Shown: positions 26,610-38,199, numbered from the stretch's first letter. The stretch: DNA of 54,037 nucleotides from a virus (IMGVR_UViG_3300023297_000011:1-54037); one strand, 5' to 3'. The notes: generated by a model from the sequence alone, not told the origin. Program-made: numbers and translations.

Positions 26610-29577
26610 AATTGCTCAAATATTTAATACTAATGAACCGAAAAAGATAATTGCGGTAGATAATGCTTTGATTAAGACTGATAATTCTGTACTTAAAATA
26701 ACTGAAGATTTAAACAACTTAATAAAAACTCTTTCTAACAATAAAATTGGATTAGAAGCTTTAAATAAGGCTTATGAAAACTCAAAACAAAAGGTAATAG
26801 AAATAGACAAAGTTTCAAACAAACAAATAGAAATAGGGAAACAGCTAACAAGGATCGAACAGGAGCGGATAAAATTAAGAAAACAGCAGCAACAAACCCT
26901 TACAAAAAGTTTAGTTGTAGAAGAAAGAAGCAATGTAATACTTCAAAAAGGTAAATTACTTTTACAACAACAAACAAAAGAATTAAAACTATTATTAGTA
27001 GCTAAAAGGGCACAGCAAGGCAGCACACAGCAGTTAAATGCCGTTGTTGCAATATTAAACAATAGATTATCAAAGGTTAATCAAACAACGCTAGACGGCA
27101 AAAAGAAGGCTGATTTATTGCGATCTTCAATTGATAGGTTGAATAGTAGGATAACAGCTCAGGGAACTGCAATGTCGAAGCAGAAGCGCAATATAGGAAA
27201 TTATACGTCTGCGTTGGCTGGGGTTGGTACTAAAGCAAAAATGGTTGCTATGCAATTTGCCGGAGCTTTAGGATTAACAAGTGTTGTATTTCTTTTTGTA
27301 AATGTATTGAAAAATGCCTTTGGCACAATTAGGGGTTTTACAAAAGAGAATGCAGTATTAGCTGGGGTTTTAGGTAAAACACGAAAAGAAGTAGAACAAT
27401 TAACAGAACAGGCAGTTAATTTAGGTAGTGTTTATCCTATATTAGCTTCTGAGGTAACCAAATTACAAGTTTCTTATGCCAGATTAGGTTTTACTCAATC
27501 CGATATAATAAATTTAACAGAAGCCACTATTTTAGGTTCTATAGCATTAAATTCAGAACTGGATAAAACGGCGACACTTGTTGGTGCAGTTGTTAAGGCT
27601 TACCAAGATCTTGGTACTGCAGATGCAAGTAAAATTATAGATCAACTCACAAGAGCTACTCAAATATCAAGTCAGAGTTTTGTTACACTTGAAACAGCAT
27701 TGCCTAAAGTTGCTGGGGCAGCAAATGCTTTAAATGTACCACTTTCTAAAACATTGTCATTGTTGGGTATAGCTCAAGATGCAACACTTGATGCTTCTAT
27801 TGCAGGAACTTCATTGAGAAATATATTTTTAGAAATAGCCAAGAAGGGAATAACACTGGAGCAGGCTTTAGGACAAATAAGAACAAGTTCCAATAGACTT
27901 GTGACTTCATATGATTTATTTGGCAAAAGGGCTGCTATTGTTGGGTTGGCACTTGCTAATAATATTGAATTAATAGATACTTTCGATACCTCATTGCAGA
28001 ATGCAGGAGGAACAGCAGAAAAAGTTGCTAAAGAACAAATGGAAACACTTGATGGCTCTATATTAAGTGTTGCTAGTTCGTGGGAAAAATTAATCCTTGG
28101 GTTTAGAGAGAGTGAGGGATTTTTAAGTGCATTTTTTAAAAGCCTAGCATTGTCTCTTGATATAGCTTCAGATAAATATCTAAATACTATTCAAAAAGTT
28201 ATAGCTGGCACTGGTGTAGAGGAATTATGGGGCGCTCCAATTAAAAAACAACTAGCATTTCAAAAATGGGCATTGACTAAAATTCAGAGCCTTGATGAAG
28301 AGAGTATTCAGATGCTTATTGATAAAAATAAAAAATATATAGAGAAAGACAAGGAATTTGAAAAAGATTTTATGTCTGCTGTTGATTTTAGAATAAAACA
28401 AATTGAAAAAAATGAAATAGAATCAGAAAAACGTAAGAAATTAGCAAAACAACAGGCTGAACTTGAGAAAATTGCACTTGAAAAAGAAGCAATTGCAAAG
28501 CGTGAAAATGAATTGGAAATTGCAGCAAAAAAGGAAGCTGATATTGAGAAAAAATTATCTATTGAGAAAGAAAAACTAATATTAAAAGAACGTAAACTAA
28601 GGCTTGAAAACGCAGAAGAACGTATTGATTTAGATCAAGAAATATTTGACGAAGCTGAAAAGTTTATTGATGACGAATTAAAACTAATTGAAGATGCTGC
28701 TCTTGAAGAAATAGACATAGAAAAAAATAAAAACCAAAAAATATTAGATAATGTAAAGGAATTTGCTGAAAAAGAAAAAGAAGTTGATAAAGAATTATTA
28801 GATGCTAAAAAGGAAACAGCCATTGATGGCGTGAATACTCTTTTTGCATTAGCCGAGGGTTCTTTTAATAAAAAACTAGAACGATTAGAACAGGAAAAAC
28901 AAATTGAGCTATCAAATGACCAATTAACAACAGAACAGAGGGAAAAACTTGATGCTGATTATGAAATAAGAAGGCAAAAAATACAACAGGAAAAAAAGAA
29001 CGCTGATAAAATACAGGCTATTGCTGAAATAGGAATAAATACGGCAAAAACGGTAGGTGCTATTAAATTGAAAGTATTAGAAATGAAAGCTGCAGCCGCA
29101 TTGAATCCGCTATTATTACCACTTATTCCTATTGTTGCTGCTCAGATACCTTTTGCTATAATAAGCGGTGCATTATCAGCAGCAGCAGTGGCAGCATACG
29201 AAGATGGGACAACAAACGCACCGTCTGATTTTGTTGCGGGTGAAACAAAAAATGGAGGATCAAAACGTGAATTGGTTGCAACAAGGTCAGGACAGGTTTA
29301 TTTAGCCGAAAAGCCAACTAGGTTTAAAGGAAATCAATTTAAAGGCGCAACTGTATTTAAAAATGAAGATACTGAAAAAATAATGTCACAAACCGATCAT
29401 TCAGGATTTGGTCAAAGGACAATGACAGACGAACGTATTTTAAACGGGCTTAGCTCGGTTGAGAAAGCAATTAAAAACAAACCTATTCAAATAGTTGACA
29501 AAGATTACAGAACAATAGGATTACAACAAAATAATCATAGAGAAATTTATTTAAATAGATTAAGATACGGTAAATGA
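26602..29577 (+). CDS. tail tape measure protein (TP901-like core)
   Basis: RNIGNY; L.EQA..LG..ASEV..L..ARLGF; AGTSLRNI; DLFGKRA; GTAEKVAKEQMETLDG; long coiled coils. Confidence 0.9.
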   Translation: MAEIAQIFNTNEPKKIIAVDNALIKTDNSVLKITEDLNNLIKTLSNNKIGLEALNKAYENSKQKVIEIDKVSNKQIEIGKQLTRIEQERIKLRKQQQQTLTKSLVVEERSNVILQKGKLLLQQQTKELKLLLVAKRAQQGSTQQLNAVVAILNNRLSKVNQTTLDGKKKADLLRSSIDRLNSRITAQGTAMSKQKRNIGNYTSALAGVGTKAKMVAMQFAGALGLTSVVFLFVNVLKNAFGTIRGFTKENAVLAGVLGKTRKEVEQLTEQAVNLGSVYPILASEVTKLQVSYARLGFTQSDIINLTEATILGSIALNSELDKTATLVGAVVKAYQDLGTADASKIIDQLTRATQISSQSFVTLETALPKVAGAANALNVPLSKTLSLLGIAQDATLDASIAGTSLRNIFLEIAKKGITLEQALGQIRTSSNRLVTSYDLFGKRAAIVGLALANNIELIDTFDTSLQNAGGTAEKVAKEQMETLDGSILSVASSWEKLILGFRESEGFLSAFFKSLALSLDIASDKYLNTIQKVIAGTGVEELWGAPIKKQLAFQKWALTKIQSLDEESIQMLIDKNKKYIEKDKEFEKDFMSAVDFRIKQIEKNEIESEKRKKLAKQQAELEKIALEKEAIAKRENELEIAAKKEADIEKKLSIEKEKLILKERKLRLENAEERIDLDQEIFDEAEKFIDDELKLIEDAALEEIDIEKNKNQKILDNVKEFAEKEKEVDKELLDAKKETAIDGVNTLFALAEGSFNKKLERLEQEKQIELSNDQLTTEQREKLDADYEIRRQKIQQEKKNADKIQAIAEIGINTAKTVGAIKLKVLEMKAAAALNPLLLPLIPIVAAQIPFAIISGALSAAAVAAYEDGTTNAPSDFVAGETKNGGSKRELVATRSGQVYLAEKPTRFKGNQFKGATVFKNEDTEKIMSQTDHSGFGQRTMTDERILNGLSSVEKAIKNKPIQIVDKDYRTIGLQQNNHREIYLNRLRYGK

Positions 29578-31781
29578 GTGAGTGGTTAAATAGCAAAGAG
29601 TCGAATACATATCCTCCGTACAGGTTTAAATTAGTTAATCCTGAGACCGCTCAATTCGTAAATCTTGGAGTTGATAGCGAACCTTTAGAATGGGCTAGTG
29701 GTATCATCGAGCTTAACCGTAGGATTAAAGTAGGTGGTGTATTTACATCCTTTGCGGTTAGTTCATTAACGTTTATAAAAGAAGGTGCTAACTTTGTCCG
29801 GTCAATCTGGACAGAAAAAGAATTTAATGGTAAATGCGATCTTCATGTATATTGGTTTAAAAATTCAACCCGTGACTATGTGGAGTTTCCGAGCAGCTTT
29901 GCCCTCAACTTTGCAACATGTAAACCTAAAAAGAAAATAGGTAAAAATGCAATTGGTTTAAATATAGAAGCAATTAATAGTGACGTGTTAACGAAATTAG
30001 ATAATCGTAGCGATACTGATGTAGACGTAACCAAAACCACAACAATAGGAGGCGTTGACATAATTGATTACGGAGAGTCAGGAGCCGGGTTTACATATCA
30101 GGATTTACGAAAGAATATAAACTTTCCTGCCTATACAATTATCAATTCAACTCAATCAAGATTGCCAAGTTCTGCTGATGGTTCAACGCTTCCAAGATTG
30201 TCTGGGCAAATATCTTATTGTTCTGTTCCAGTAAGAACCGTATTATCTGACTTTGATGAAATTGGCGATGTTGTACATGTGACAAGAAAAACAAGTTTAG
30301 CTGATGTAAATTCTATTTTTGATACTGCTTTAGTTGATTATAGTTTTACTTTTTCGTATTCAGTTACGGTAAACGTTACCGATAAACATTCAGTAAACCC
30401 ATGGACTTTGAAATTAATAGAAACCGATTCTTTGGGTGCTATTGTTAACGAAAACGTGTTTGATTCATTTGGAACCATTAAGCAAAATTACTTTTTATCT
30501 GGAAGCAGTACTGTAACTATATCTGCTGGCAATTCATTTAAGTTTGTTATTGAGGTTGGAGATTATGCGGATATTGCCGCCGAACTTGTTTATTATCAAA
30601 CGCAACTTTCACCATTTACTGAATATTATACAGAGGCATTTTTTAAACAAACTGTAGCAAATTCGGACGCAGCAACAACCGAATCATTTCCTTTGTACGA
30701 GGCTTTTGAAAGGGTATTACAACATAACCTAGACGTTCAATTTCCTTTCTATTCTGAATATTTAGGCCGTCCAGAATGTGTTTATAATTTGGATGGTGAT
30801 ACCTATGCAACCGAAAGCCAATTAAGGCACTTTAATGTAATGTCTGGTCTAAATGTAAGGGGTTTAGCTTTAAGCAATAATGACAATCCTTTAGCAATAA
30901 ATTTTGATAAACTTTATGATTCTTCAAGTTCAATACTGAATTTAGGAATGGCAATTGAAGTTATTGATGACTTTACCAGGGTGCGGGTTGAAGAATACGC
31001 TCACTTTTTTGATGATACTGAAGTATTGGATATCTCCGCCAGAATATCAACATACGATATTGAAAGCGAAGCAATGCCAGAACTTGCTTATTTTAAGGTT
31101 AAATCAGGATTTAAAGATTTTGATTACGAAGAAATAAACGGGCGGGGTGAGTATAACACCGAAGCTTTGCATACTACTATTATTGAAACAGACACTGAAT
31201 TTGATAATGTTTGCGATTTAAGAGGTGATACAAAAGAGTTTATAGATCTTCTTACTAGTCCAATAATTCAGGACGGTACAAAAGATGAAAAATCAGATAA
31301 TGATATTTTTATTCTTAAAACTCAGGAAGACGGCGATGACTGGAAACCGGAAACAGATGAAAATATAGCTATTAATAATGATACCTCAATATTCGGTGTT
31401 AATTCAATGAATTTATATATTACTCCTTTACGTAATTTAATAAGGAATAGTTGTAAAATAAAAGCATCATTAACAAAATTCCTAGCTAGCTATGTGCGTT
31501 TTCAAACCTCTAAAAAATTACAAACACTTGAAACAACAGGAGAGGGTGAAACGTGGACAGAGAATCAAAATGTACTGGTTGATGATTTAAACGACCCAAT
31601 TTACAAACCGATAAAACATACAGTAGAATGCAAATTTACTTATGATGATTTTGTTTTAATTCAGGCTAATATGTTCGGTTTGATTCGTTTTTCATCTACG
31701 TTAACCGGATATTTATTGAACCTGAAGAAAAAGAACAATGAAGACAAAGCAATAATAACAATAATTGAAAAATATAGCTAA
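29574..31781 (+). CDS. tail tip/hub structural protein
   Basis: Follows tape measure gene; 735 aa, beta-rich, acidic. Confidence 0.6.
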   Translation: MSEWLNSKESNTYPPYRFKLVNPETAQFVNLGVDSEPLEWASGIIELNRRIKVGGVFTSFAVSSLTFIKEGANFVRSIWTEKEFNGKCDLHVYWFKNSTRDYVEFPSSFALNFATCKPKKKIGKNAIGLNIEAINSDVLTKLDNRSDTDVDVTKTTTIGGVDIIDYGESGAGFTYQDLRKNINFPAYTIINSTQSRLPSSADGSTLPRLSGQISYCSVPVRTVLSDFDEIGDVVHVTRKTSLADVNSIFDTALVDYSFTFSYSVTVNVTDKHSVNPWTLKLIETDSLGAIVNENVFDSFGTIKQNYFLSGSSTVTISAGNSFKFVIEVGDYADIAAELVYYQTQLSPFTEYYTEAFFKQTVANSDAATTESFPLYEAFERVLQHNLDVQFPFYSEYLGRPECVYNLDGDTYATESQLRHFNVMSGLNVRGLALSNNDNPLAINFDKLYDSSSSILNLGMAIEVIDDFTRVRVEEYAHFFDDTEVLDISARISTYDIESEAMPELAYFKVKSGFKDFDYEEINGRGEYNTEALHTTIIETDTEFDNVCDLRGDTKEFIDLLTSPIIQDGTKDEKSDNDIFILKTQEDGDDWKPETDENIAINNDTSIFGVNSMNLYITPLRNLIRNSCKIKASLTKFLASYVRFQTSKKLQTLETTGEGETWTENQNVLVDDLNDPIYKPIKHTVECKFTYDDFVLIQANMFGLIRFSSTLTGYLLNLKKKNNEDKAIITIIEKYS

Positions 31782-32962
31782 TGTTTACAAGCTCTAAAAT
31801 AAATAGCGTCACTTTTAAAAACCTCGATGGTGGGTATCCTAACAAGTGGAATACTTTACACGCTGACAGGAAACAGGCTGGATATACTATTATAGAATAT
31901 TGCCAGCAGTTTAATTATGGCGATATTATTTATCTTCAGTTTACTTCTGATGTGGCAACATTACCAACTTTAAATATTTTTATTCCTGAAATACAAACAC
32001 CAATAACCGGAACTTTAGTAAGTAGTTATACTGGTTTAGATAACAGGTATTTCTTTGATTTTGAGGTTACTCTAGGCGCAACGTATTACGACAAGAAAAT
32101 AACATTTACGTGTGTTCAGGGGGCTAATACATTAACCAGTGAGCCTATTTATTGCCGTGACTTAACAGAGGATATTGCAGACGGTAAAATAAGGCGTTTG
32201 AAATATACCAATTTAGATAGGAACGAAAGCGATTTATCAGATTATTGGATTGACTGGTCTGAAGTAGCCTTTATGTATTTCTATGTTGAAGCGGTTGATT
32301 TGGACCCGAATGACTCAGATTCTATTGAAATATTGGAAGGATCACAAAGCAAAACTATTATTTCAGCTAACTATTATAGCGGGTTGACATTTAATACAGG
32401 GGGTATTCCTGATTATCTAGCTACAAAAATAGGAATAATAAGCGATTTAGATGTATTTGAAATGAACGGGCTGCAATACATCAAAGAAGGAGAAATCGAA
32501 CAGGAACGATATGGTCAGAGTACATCTATTCAATGTTCTTTAAAATTAACTCAAAAAAATGAGGTTGGTTTAAATGTTGATGATTTAGGAATAACAAATA
32601 CAGATACAACTATGGCAATAGTACCAATTCGAAATACAGGAGTAACAACAGCCGGGGCGGTAATAGAAAACCCTGAAGGTTATATGTTACATTCAATATT
32701 TATACGACACGCATTAACGAGCGCAGCAGCTACGGCGGTAGTAACAATTGGAACTACCTTGGCTGGTACTGATTTGATTGACGCAATGCAAGGAAGCATA
32801 ACGCTAGCCTCTTATCCCTCAACCGGAAAGTTTAAGGGATATTCAAGGCACTTTTTAAAGAATCCAGATGCTGCAAGCAACGTTTATATAGCTGTTTCGG
32901 GAACCGGTGCAGTAATGGACATAATTATAAACTTCGATACTGTTATCGATACAACATCTTAA
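31781..32962 (+). CDS. tail structural protein
   Basis: Position and composition. Confidence 0.55.
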   Translation: MFTSSKINSVTFKNLDGGYPNKWNTLHADRKQAGYTIIEYCQQFNYGDIIYLQFTSDVATLPTLNIFIPEIQTPITGTLVSSYTGLDNRYFFDFEVTLGATYYDKKITFTCVQGANTLTSEPIYCRDLTEDIADGKIRRLKYTNLDRNESDLSDYWIDWSEVAFMYFYVEAVDLDPNDSDSIEILEGSQSKTIISANYYSGLTFNTGGIPDYLATKIGIISDLDVFEMNGLQYIKEGEIEQERYGQSTSIQCSLKLTQKNEVGLNVDDLGITNTDTTMAIVPIRNTGVTTAGAVIENPEGYMLHSIFIRHALTSAAATAVVTIGTTLAGTDLIDAMQGSITLASYPSTGKFKGYSRHFLKNPDAASNVYIAVSGTGAVMDIIINFDTVIDTTS

Positions 32963-32964
32963 AC

Positions 32965-35900
32965 ATGAAAAAGATACTAACATTAATATTGATTTTGTTT
33001 TCATTTATAGTTTATTCTCAGGAAGAAGGGGAAAACATAAATGTTGATTTAATGAAACTTAATAATGCTATTTATGGAAATAAATCAGGTGGCATTGATA
33101 CCGTAATTGTGGTTAATGCCGATTCAACAGGGCAGTTTAAGTATAAGAACATGTCTGACCCCGCCGTTGATTTGGATGGTATAAATTTACGTACACTGGT
33201 TGCTTATATTGCAACGGATGGAGGTTGGGATTCAGTTGTATTCAACTCCTCAGACGGTTATTTGCGAGCCTATTTAAGCGGTTCTGTTGTTGATTCTACG
33301 AGTATTGATGATAGGTATTTATTATTAAGTGCAGCCGGAGATACCGTAAGAGCAAATCTTCCTGATATTATTGTTTCAGACGGAACAATACTAGACAAAT
33401 CAATAAGTATATTCAAGGGAACGTCTGGAGATACCATTGAATCTTCGAATATGTTAATTGATGGTATTGGAAATATTTTGCCAACTATTGCAGATTCATT
33501 TGAATTAGGTAGCGCTACTAAGCCTTTTAAGGATGCACATTTTAGAGATGTAAATGGTGTTCCTTTTACTGCAAGGCAACTATCCAGGTTGCACCGAGAT
33601 TATTCGGAAGAGGCAGCAATATTACCTTATACTATATCAGAAAGTACTTCTGGAGGTGTATGGACAATTACATTAACGGAGGTAGAAAGTAATGGTTTTT
33701 TAGCATTTGTGTTAGATGATAAAACCTTATTCAGCATAGGTTCTACTATGAGTGTTAATGCAACAGCTGTGGCTGGAACGGATGCAAGCCCTAATACTGT
33801 GTATGTGTATGTTCAAAATGATGGTAGTGATAATCCTGAATTAGTTGCAACGAATACTAGTCCCGAAGGAGTTGTTATACATGCTCATGTGTCTAACTAT
33901 AAGGTTGGTTCGGTTTCAACAAGTTCTACTAAAATTTATGGTAAATCTGATGCTGTAATTGAAATGTATAAATTAGCCTCTAATATTTATCATAGAACAT
34001 TTTATCAAGGTCCTATATATTTTTCAGGATTGACACAAGTTGTAACTTCTACAGATTTAACTATTGGTGTAGGTTCTTATGAATCCATTTTTGAAACAAT
34101 AACAACAACACAGAAGCAAGTAACAGTTGATAGTTTATTTTTTGTTAAAAATGATGGGACTTATTCTACTTTAAACGATTTTTCTTTTGATGTAGAATAT
34201 TCAGATGGTGTGGCTATTGCTGATGGTAAATTCTTTAATGTTGTATTGGGGGTAATGGAAAATGGAAATACAAACATAATGGCATTAGTTCAGAGTGGTG
34301 GTTCCGAAGAATATAAGGATTTTAATAAGGCTTTTGAAGATAAAAAAAATCAAACAATATATAGGCCAACGGATGCTTTTTTAAAGAACTTATTCGTATC
34401 TGTATGTCGAATAATAGTTAAGAGAGATGGTGTTAATTATGTATTACAACAATTTGATGATGGGAATTATTTTTACGATTTAAGAAATGAGTCTGGTTCT
34501 GGTGGAGGTTCTAGTTCAGCAGCAAATATAGCTGACGGGACAGTTGATGACCAGTTAACTACATGGAATAATACAACTGGAGAATGGGAACCTATTTCCA
34601 GAAGTGCAATACTATTAACTGGATTCGATTCAACAGGATTTGAAGTAAGCCAAAGCCAAGTAGTAGGATTAACCGATAGTTTAGATTTAAAGCTAGATAA
34701 AGATGCGGTGGGGGATTCAATAACCAATAATCCTACTGTAATAGCTAATTCGGGGTTAACTTTAGACGATGTAACCACAAATGGAGATGTTACTAGTAAT
34801 GGGATAGACGTAGGTAGTGTTTCTATATCAGGAGCAAATATTAACACAGGAGGAACATTAGGCAATGTGGCTTATTTAGATAATGCAAATGCGTTTACTG
34901 CCACTGGGACTACTAGTTTTTTGGGGCGAATTAGTCCATTGAGCATTGTGACAGGCAATCAGATAGTGTCCACCGCATCAGGATTAAATGTTGCGAATGT
35001 GTTTAATGCTACAGCCAATAATGGGGCAGGAAATCAATGGGGTACGCTTCAGTCTATAATGAATACGGAATCGGGTCAATCAACAGTTAACGAGCTTGAT
35101 GGCATATTGACTTTGCTAAATCATTATTCTGGATTTACATTACCGACATGGAGAGGCGTTGAAACAGGGGGTGCTTTTGTTGATGGTGTTGGTTCCATTG
35201 TTAATTATGCATATGGTCTGGATGCAAATTTACCAACAGTAACCAATAGTGGAAGTGTAGGAGTAGCAGCAGCAATACATATTGCATCACAATCGACATC
35301 TGGAATAACTTCACCGTATGCGATATTGAGCCAACAAACAGCACCATCATTATTCTCAGGTAATTTATATCTAACAAACAATACTGGGAATAATTCATCA
35401 TTTGGGACAACAAATGATTATACGAGTATTACTGCATCTACAAACGGATTTCAATTAAAAACAAATAGAGATACAACCGTAATATATACCGATAGTTTAG
35501 GTGTTACTACAATCGGCAATACAGAAACTCATGGACTCAGCTTGACTCCCAGTCTAATTATTAATGGAATGGGATTAGATAACGGATCATCGGAATCTGG
35601 TAATTATGGTGGATTGCTATTAAATGCCAATAGTAATTATTCCGGTAGTGCAAGAAAATATTTAATAACAAATGCTTATGCGATTAATAAGTTTGCTATA
35701 ATAAGAAGTGCGGATGCTTCGACCTACCCTGCACTCGGAGTCGGTGGAGCAATATCTTCGGGAACAGTTGATTTTGTAATAGACAATACCGGCAAAATAG
35801 GACTCGGTACAATCGCCCCGACAGCCAAAGTCCACATAGCAGCAGGAACAGCCACAGCTTCAACAGCACCTTTTAAATTCACAAGTGGAACAAACCTCAC

Positions 35901-36231
35901 AACAGCAGAGGCAGGGGCATTTGAATACGATGGAGCAAAACTATACTTCACACCAAGCGGAACGACAAGGGAAACTGTGGCTTATGTAAGTGATATAACA
36001 GCAGCCACCCACACCCATGTATTTAATGAAACGCCCTCTGGAACTATTAACGGTTCAAATACAACATTTACTTGCACGCAAACATTTACTGCAAATTCAA
36101 GTCAGGTGTATTTAAATGGGCAAAGACAAGTATTAGGATTAATGTACACCGAAAGCACGAATACAATCGTTTTCGAGGCGGCTTACATTCCGATTACGGA
36201 CGATATTTTGAGAATTGACTTCATATATTAA
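32965..36231 (+). CDS. tail fibre-like protein with N-terminal signal peptide
   Basis: 1088 aa, S/T/G-rich; GKIGLGTIAPTAKVHI, EAGAFEYDG..LYFT, FNETPSGTINGSNTTF..VYLNG.RQ modules; MKKILTLILILFSFIVYS-Q. Confidence 0.7.
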   Translation: MKKILTLILILFSFIVYSQEEGENINVDLMKLNNAIYGNKSGGIDTVIVVNADSTGQFKYKNMSDPAVDLDGINLRTLVAYIATDGGWDSVVFNSSDGYLRAYLSGSVVDSTSIDDRYLLLSAAGDTVRANLPDIIVSDGTILDKSISIFKGTSGDTIESSNMLIDGIGNILPTIADSFELGSATKPFKDAHFRDVNGVPFTARQLSRLHRDYSEEAAILPYTISESTSGGVWTITLTEVESNGFLAFVLDDKTLFSIGSTMSVNATAVAGTDASPNTVYVYVQNDGSDNPELVATNTSPEGVVIHAHVSNYKVGSVSTSSTKIYGKSDAVIEMYKLASNIYHRTFYQGPIYFSGLTQVVTSTDLTIGVGSYESIFETITTTQKQVTVDSLFFVKNDGTYSTLNDFSFDVEYSDGVAIADGKFFNVVLGVMENGNTNIMALVQSGGSEEYKDFNKAFEDKKNQTIYRPTDAFLKNLFVSVCRIIVKRDGVNYVLQQFDDGNYFYDLRNESGSGGGSSSAANIADGTVDDQLTTWNNTTGEWEPISRSAILLTGFDSTGFEVSQSQVVGLTDSLDLKLDKDAVGDSITNNPTVIANSGLTLDDVTTNGDVTSNGIDVGSVSISGANINTGGTLGNVAYLDNANAFTATGTTSFLGRISPLSIVTGNQIVSTASGLNVANVFNATANNGAGNQWGTLQSIMNTESGQSTVNELDGILTLLNHYSGFTLPTWRGVETGGAFVDGVGSIVNYAYGLDANLPTVTNSGSVGVAAAIHIASQSTSGITSPYAILSQQTAPSLFSGNLYLTNNTGNNSSFGTTNDYTSITASTNGFQLKTNRDTTVIYTDSLGVTTIGNTETHGLSLTPSLIINGMGLDNGSSESGNYGGLLLNANSNYSGSARKYLITNAYAINKFAIIRSADASTYPALGVGGAISSGTVDFVIDNTGKIGLGTIAPTAKVHIAAGTATASTAPFKFTSGTNLTTAEAGAFEYDGAKLYFTPSGTTRETVAYVSDITAATHTHVFNETPSGTINGSNTTFTCTQTFTANSSQVYLNGQRQVLGLMYTESTNTIVFEAAYIPITDDILRIDFIY

Positions 36232-36246
36232 TAAAAACATAGGAAA

Positions 36247-36660
36247 ATGAAAACATTATTAATTACAATAGCAATACTTTTTAGCCTAGGGCTTAACGCT
36301 CAGGAAAACTACAAAATTTCTCGTTACGAACAAACAGGAGAACAGTTATTTATTTGCATTAACTCAACCGAAGTTCCTGTTTACATCGAACACTTTTTTA
36401 CAGAAGGAGAAAAGTCAACTCCTGATTCAATTAAGGTAACAATTGAGGGGTTATTAGCTGAATTGGAAATTAAGGCAGATGCTTATGTAGCACCTGAGCC
36501 TTTGCAAAACAAGATAGTTGAAACTAAGAAATTTTCTTTTTCTAAAAGGAATGTTGCCACAAAAAAGGCAAAGAAGATAAAAGAAAAACTAGCTAAGAAT
36601 ATAAAAGAAAACCCCATTAAAGAGGTTAAAAAAAATAACAAAAAAAGCAATAAAAAATGA
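36247..36660 (+). CDS. putative secreted protein with Lys-rich tail
   Basis: MKTLLITIAILFSLGLNA-Q signal peptide. Confidence 0.65.
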   Translation: MKTLLITIAILFSLGLNAQENYKISRYEQTGEQLFICINSTEVPVYIEHFFTEGEKSTPDSIKVTIEGLLAELEIKADAYVAPEPLQNKIVETKKFSFSKRNVATKKAKKIKEKLAKNIKENPIKEVKKNNKKSNKK

Positions 36661-37970
36661 AAAAATTAATCACGATATTATTTTTATTGATTTCGGTTTA
36701 TGGGTTTGGTCAAGCAGACGGGAAACCTCGCTACGACCAATTAAAACCTATTCCGGCGAGTCACGTAACGGAATTTCAAGATTCCGTAAATACAAATGCA
36801 AATGTAGTAGCTAATACGGCAGCAAGGCACGTTGCTGTAACAACCGCTGATGTCAATAACATAACAGTTACTGGGCAGGAACTAAATACAGGGAGCAATG
36901 TGCCTTTATTGAAATCTAAAAATACCTTCGTTGATGACAATACTTTTGGAGTTCCAGATACCGCAATAAGACCATTAGAACCACAAGAATTAACGATAGC
37001 TACTGGTTTTTATCAAACAGGTAATATATTCAAACCCTTGGCGGATGGTCAGGTTTCTAAACTTGGCGTATATCCATCGTCTGGAGCATCTCACACAATT
37101 AACTTATATAATCAGGCAACAGAAGTAAAAATAGCAACAACAACAATAAGTTCTGCCACATCTGACGAGTGGAACTATCAAGCTATTACTCCGGTTAATA
37201 TATACAAAGATTCGATATATATTGTTGCTGCTGAAATTGCAGGGAATTCAGCGAAAGGAGGTTATGCTAATTTAGATATAGGTGATTTAATACACGTATT
37301 TTATGGTGTATATGGGAACGATGGTTCGATGCCAACTATTTCTGGTGGCGGTTCTAGTATTTATGGAGCAGATATTGAATTTACAGCAGATATAATAACA
37401 ACCACCATAAAAGGGATACTTGCTGATTCAGACGGCGATGCAGGAATACCTGGACAAATATTTTCAAGCACTATAGATGGAACTAATTGGATTGATAATG
37501 AGCTTGGCGATGTTACTGCTGCATCTGCATTTGGCACTGACAATAGAATGATAATAAGTGACGGAACAGGGAAAGGCGTACAAGCAACAGGAATAGAAAT
37601 TGATGCTAACGATAATGTTTCTGGTATTTCTGAAATTGAAGCAGATAATGTAATACAAACACACCAGACATTAACAGAAACAGCAGGAGCATCTACTATG
37701 GATTATACTTCTGGAAGCGATGCAACAATAGTTATAGATGAGGGAACCACATTAGCTATTACTAATACAACCACAGGAAGCACTGGTCAAATAATAGTTA
37801 TCCAAGACGATGCTGATGATGATGATATTATAATTACGGTGTCTGGTGTTTCTGTAGAATGGAAGGGCGGTTTAAAGGAATTAACAGATACCAATGCAGC
37901 GGTAGATATAATAACATATAAAAGAATTGGTTTTTATATGTATTTAACACTTGATTTAGATTACAAATAA
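36657..37970 (+). CDS. fibre/adhesin-like protein (DUF4082-like domain) with signal peptide
   Basis: GNIFKP.ADGQV..LGVY..INLYN..WNYQAI.PV..Y.ADIEF; MKKLITILFLLISVYGFG-Q. Confidence 0.6.
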   Translation: MKKLITILFLLISVYGFGQADGKPRYDQLKPIPASHVTEFQDSVNTNANVVANTAARHVAVTTADVNNITVTGQELNTGSNVPLLKSKNTFVDDNTFGVPDTAIRPLEPQELTIATGFYQTGNIFKPLADGQVSKLGVYPSSGASHTINLYNQATEVKIATTTISSATSDEWNYQAITPVNIYKDSIYIVAAEIAGNSAKGGYANLDIGDLIHVFYGVYGNDGSMPTISGGGSSIYGADIEFTADIITTTIKGILADSDGDAGIPGQIFSSTIDGTNWIDNELGDVTAASAFGTDNRMIISDGTGKGVQATGIEIDANDNVSGISEIEADNVIQTHQTLTETAGASTMDYTSGSDATIVIDEGTTLAITNTTTGSTGQIIVIQDDADDDDIIITVSGVSVEWKGGLKELTDTNAAVDIITYKRIGFYMYLTLDLDYK

Positions 37971-37983
37971 AAATAGCAGGATA

Positions 37984-38199
37984 ATGAAAATATTAATAAT
38001 AGCAGGAATACTAATTGCGATAATCGCCGCAACTTATGTAAGTGTTAAGTTGTACCCATTTAGGAGTTGGGTTTTTGAGAATATTATAGATTGGTTTGCA
38101 AAGAATAAATTAATAACAGCCGCAACGACAGTTATATTATTTGCCGTTGTGTCATTTATATTTTTTATGTATGGATTATATTCACATTGCATTTTATAA
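37984..38199 (+). CDS. two-TM membrane protein (holin candidate)
   Basis: Two hydrophobic helices; lysis-module position. Confidence 0.55.
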   Translation: MKILIIAGILIAIIAATYVSVKLYPFRSWVFENIIDWFAKNKLITAATTVILFAVVSFIFFMYGLYSHCIL

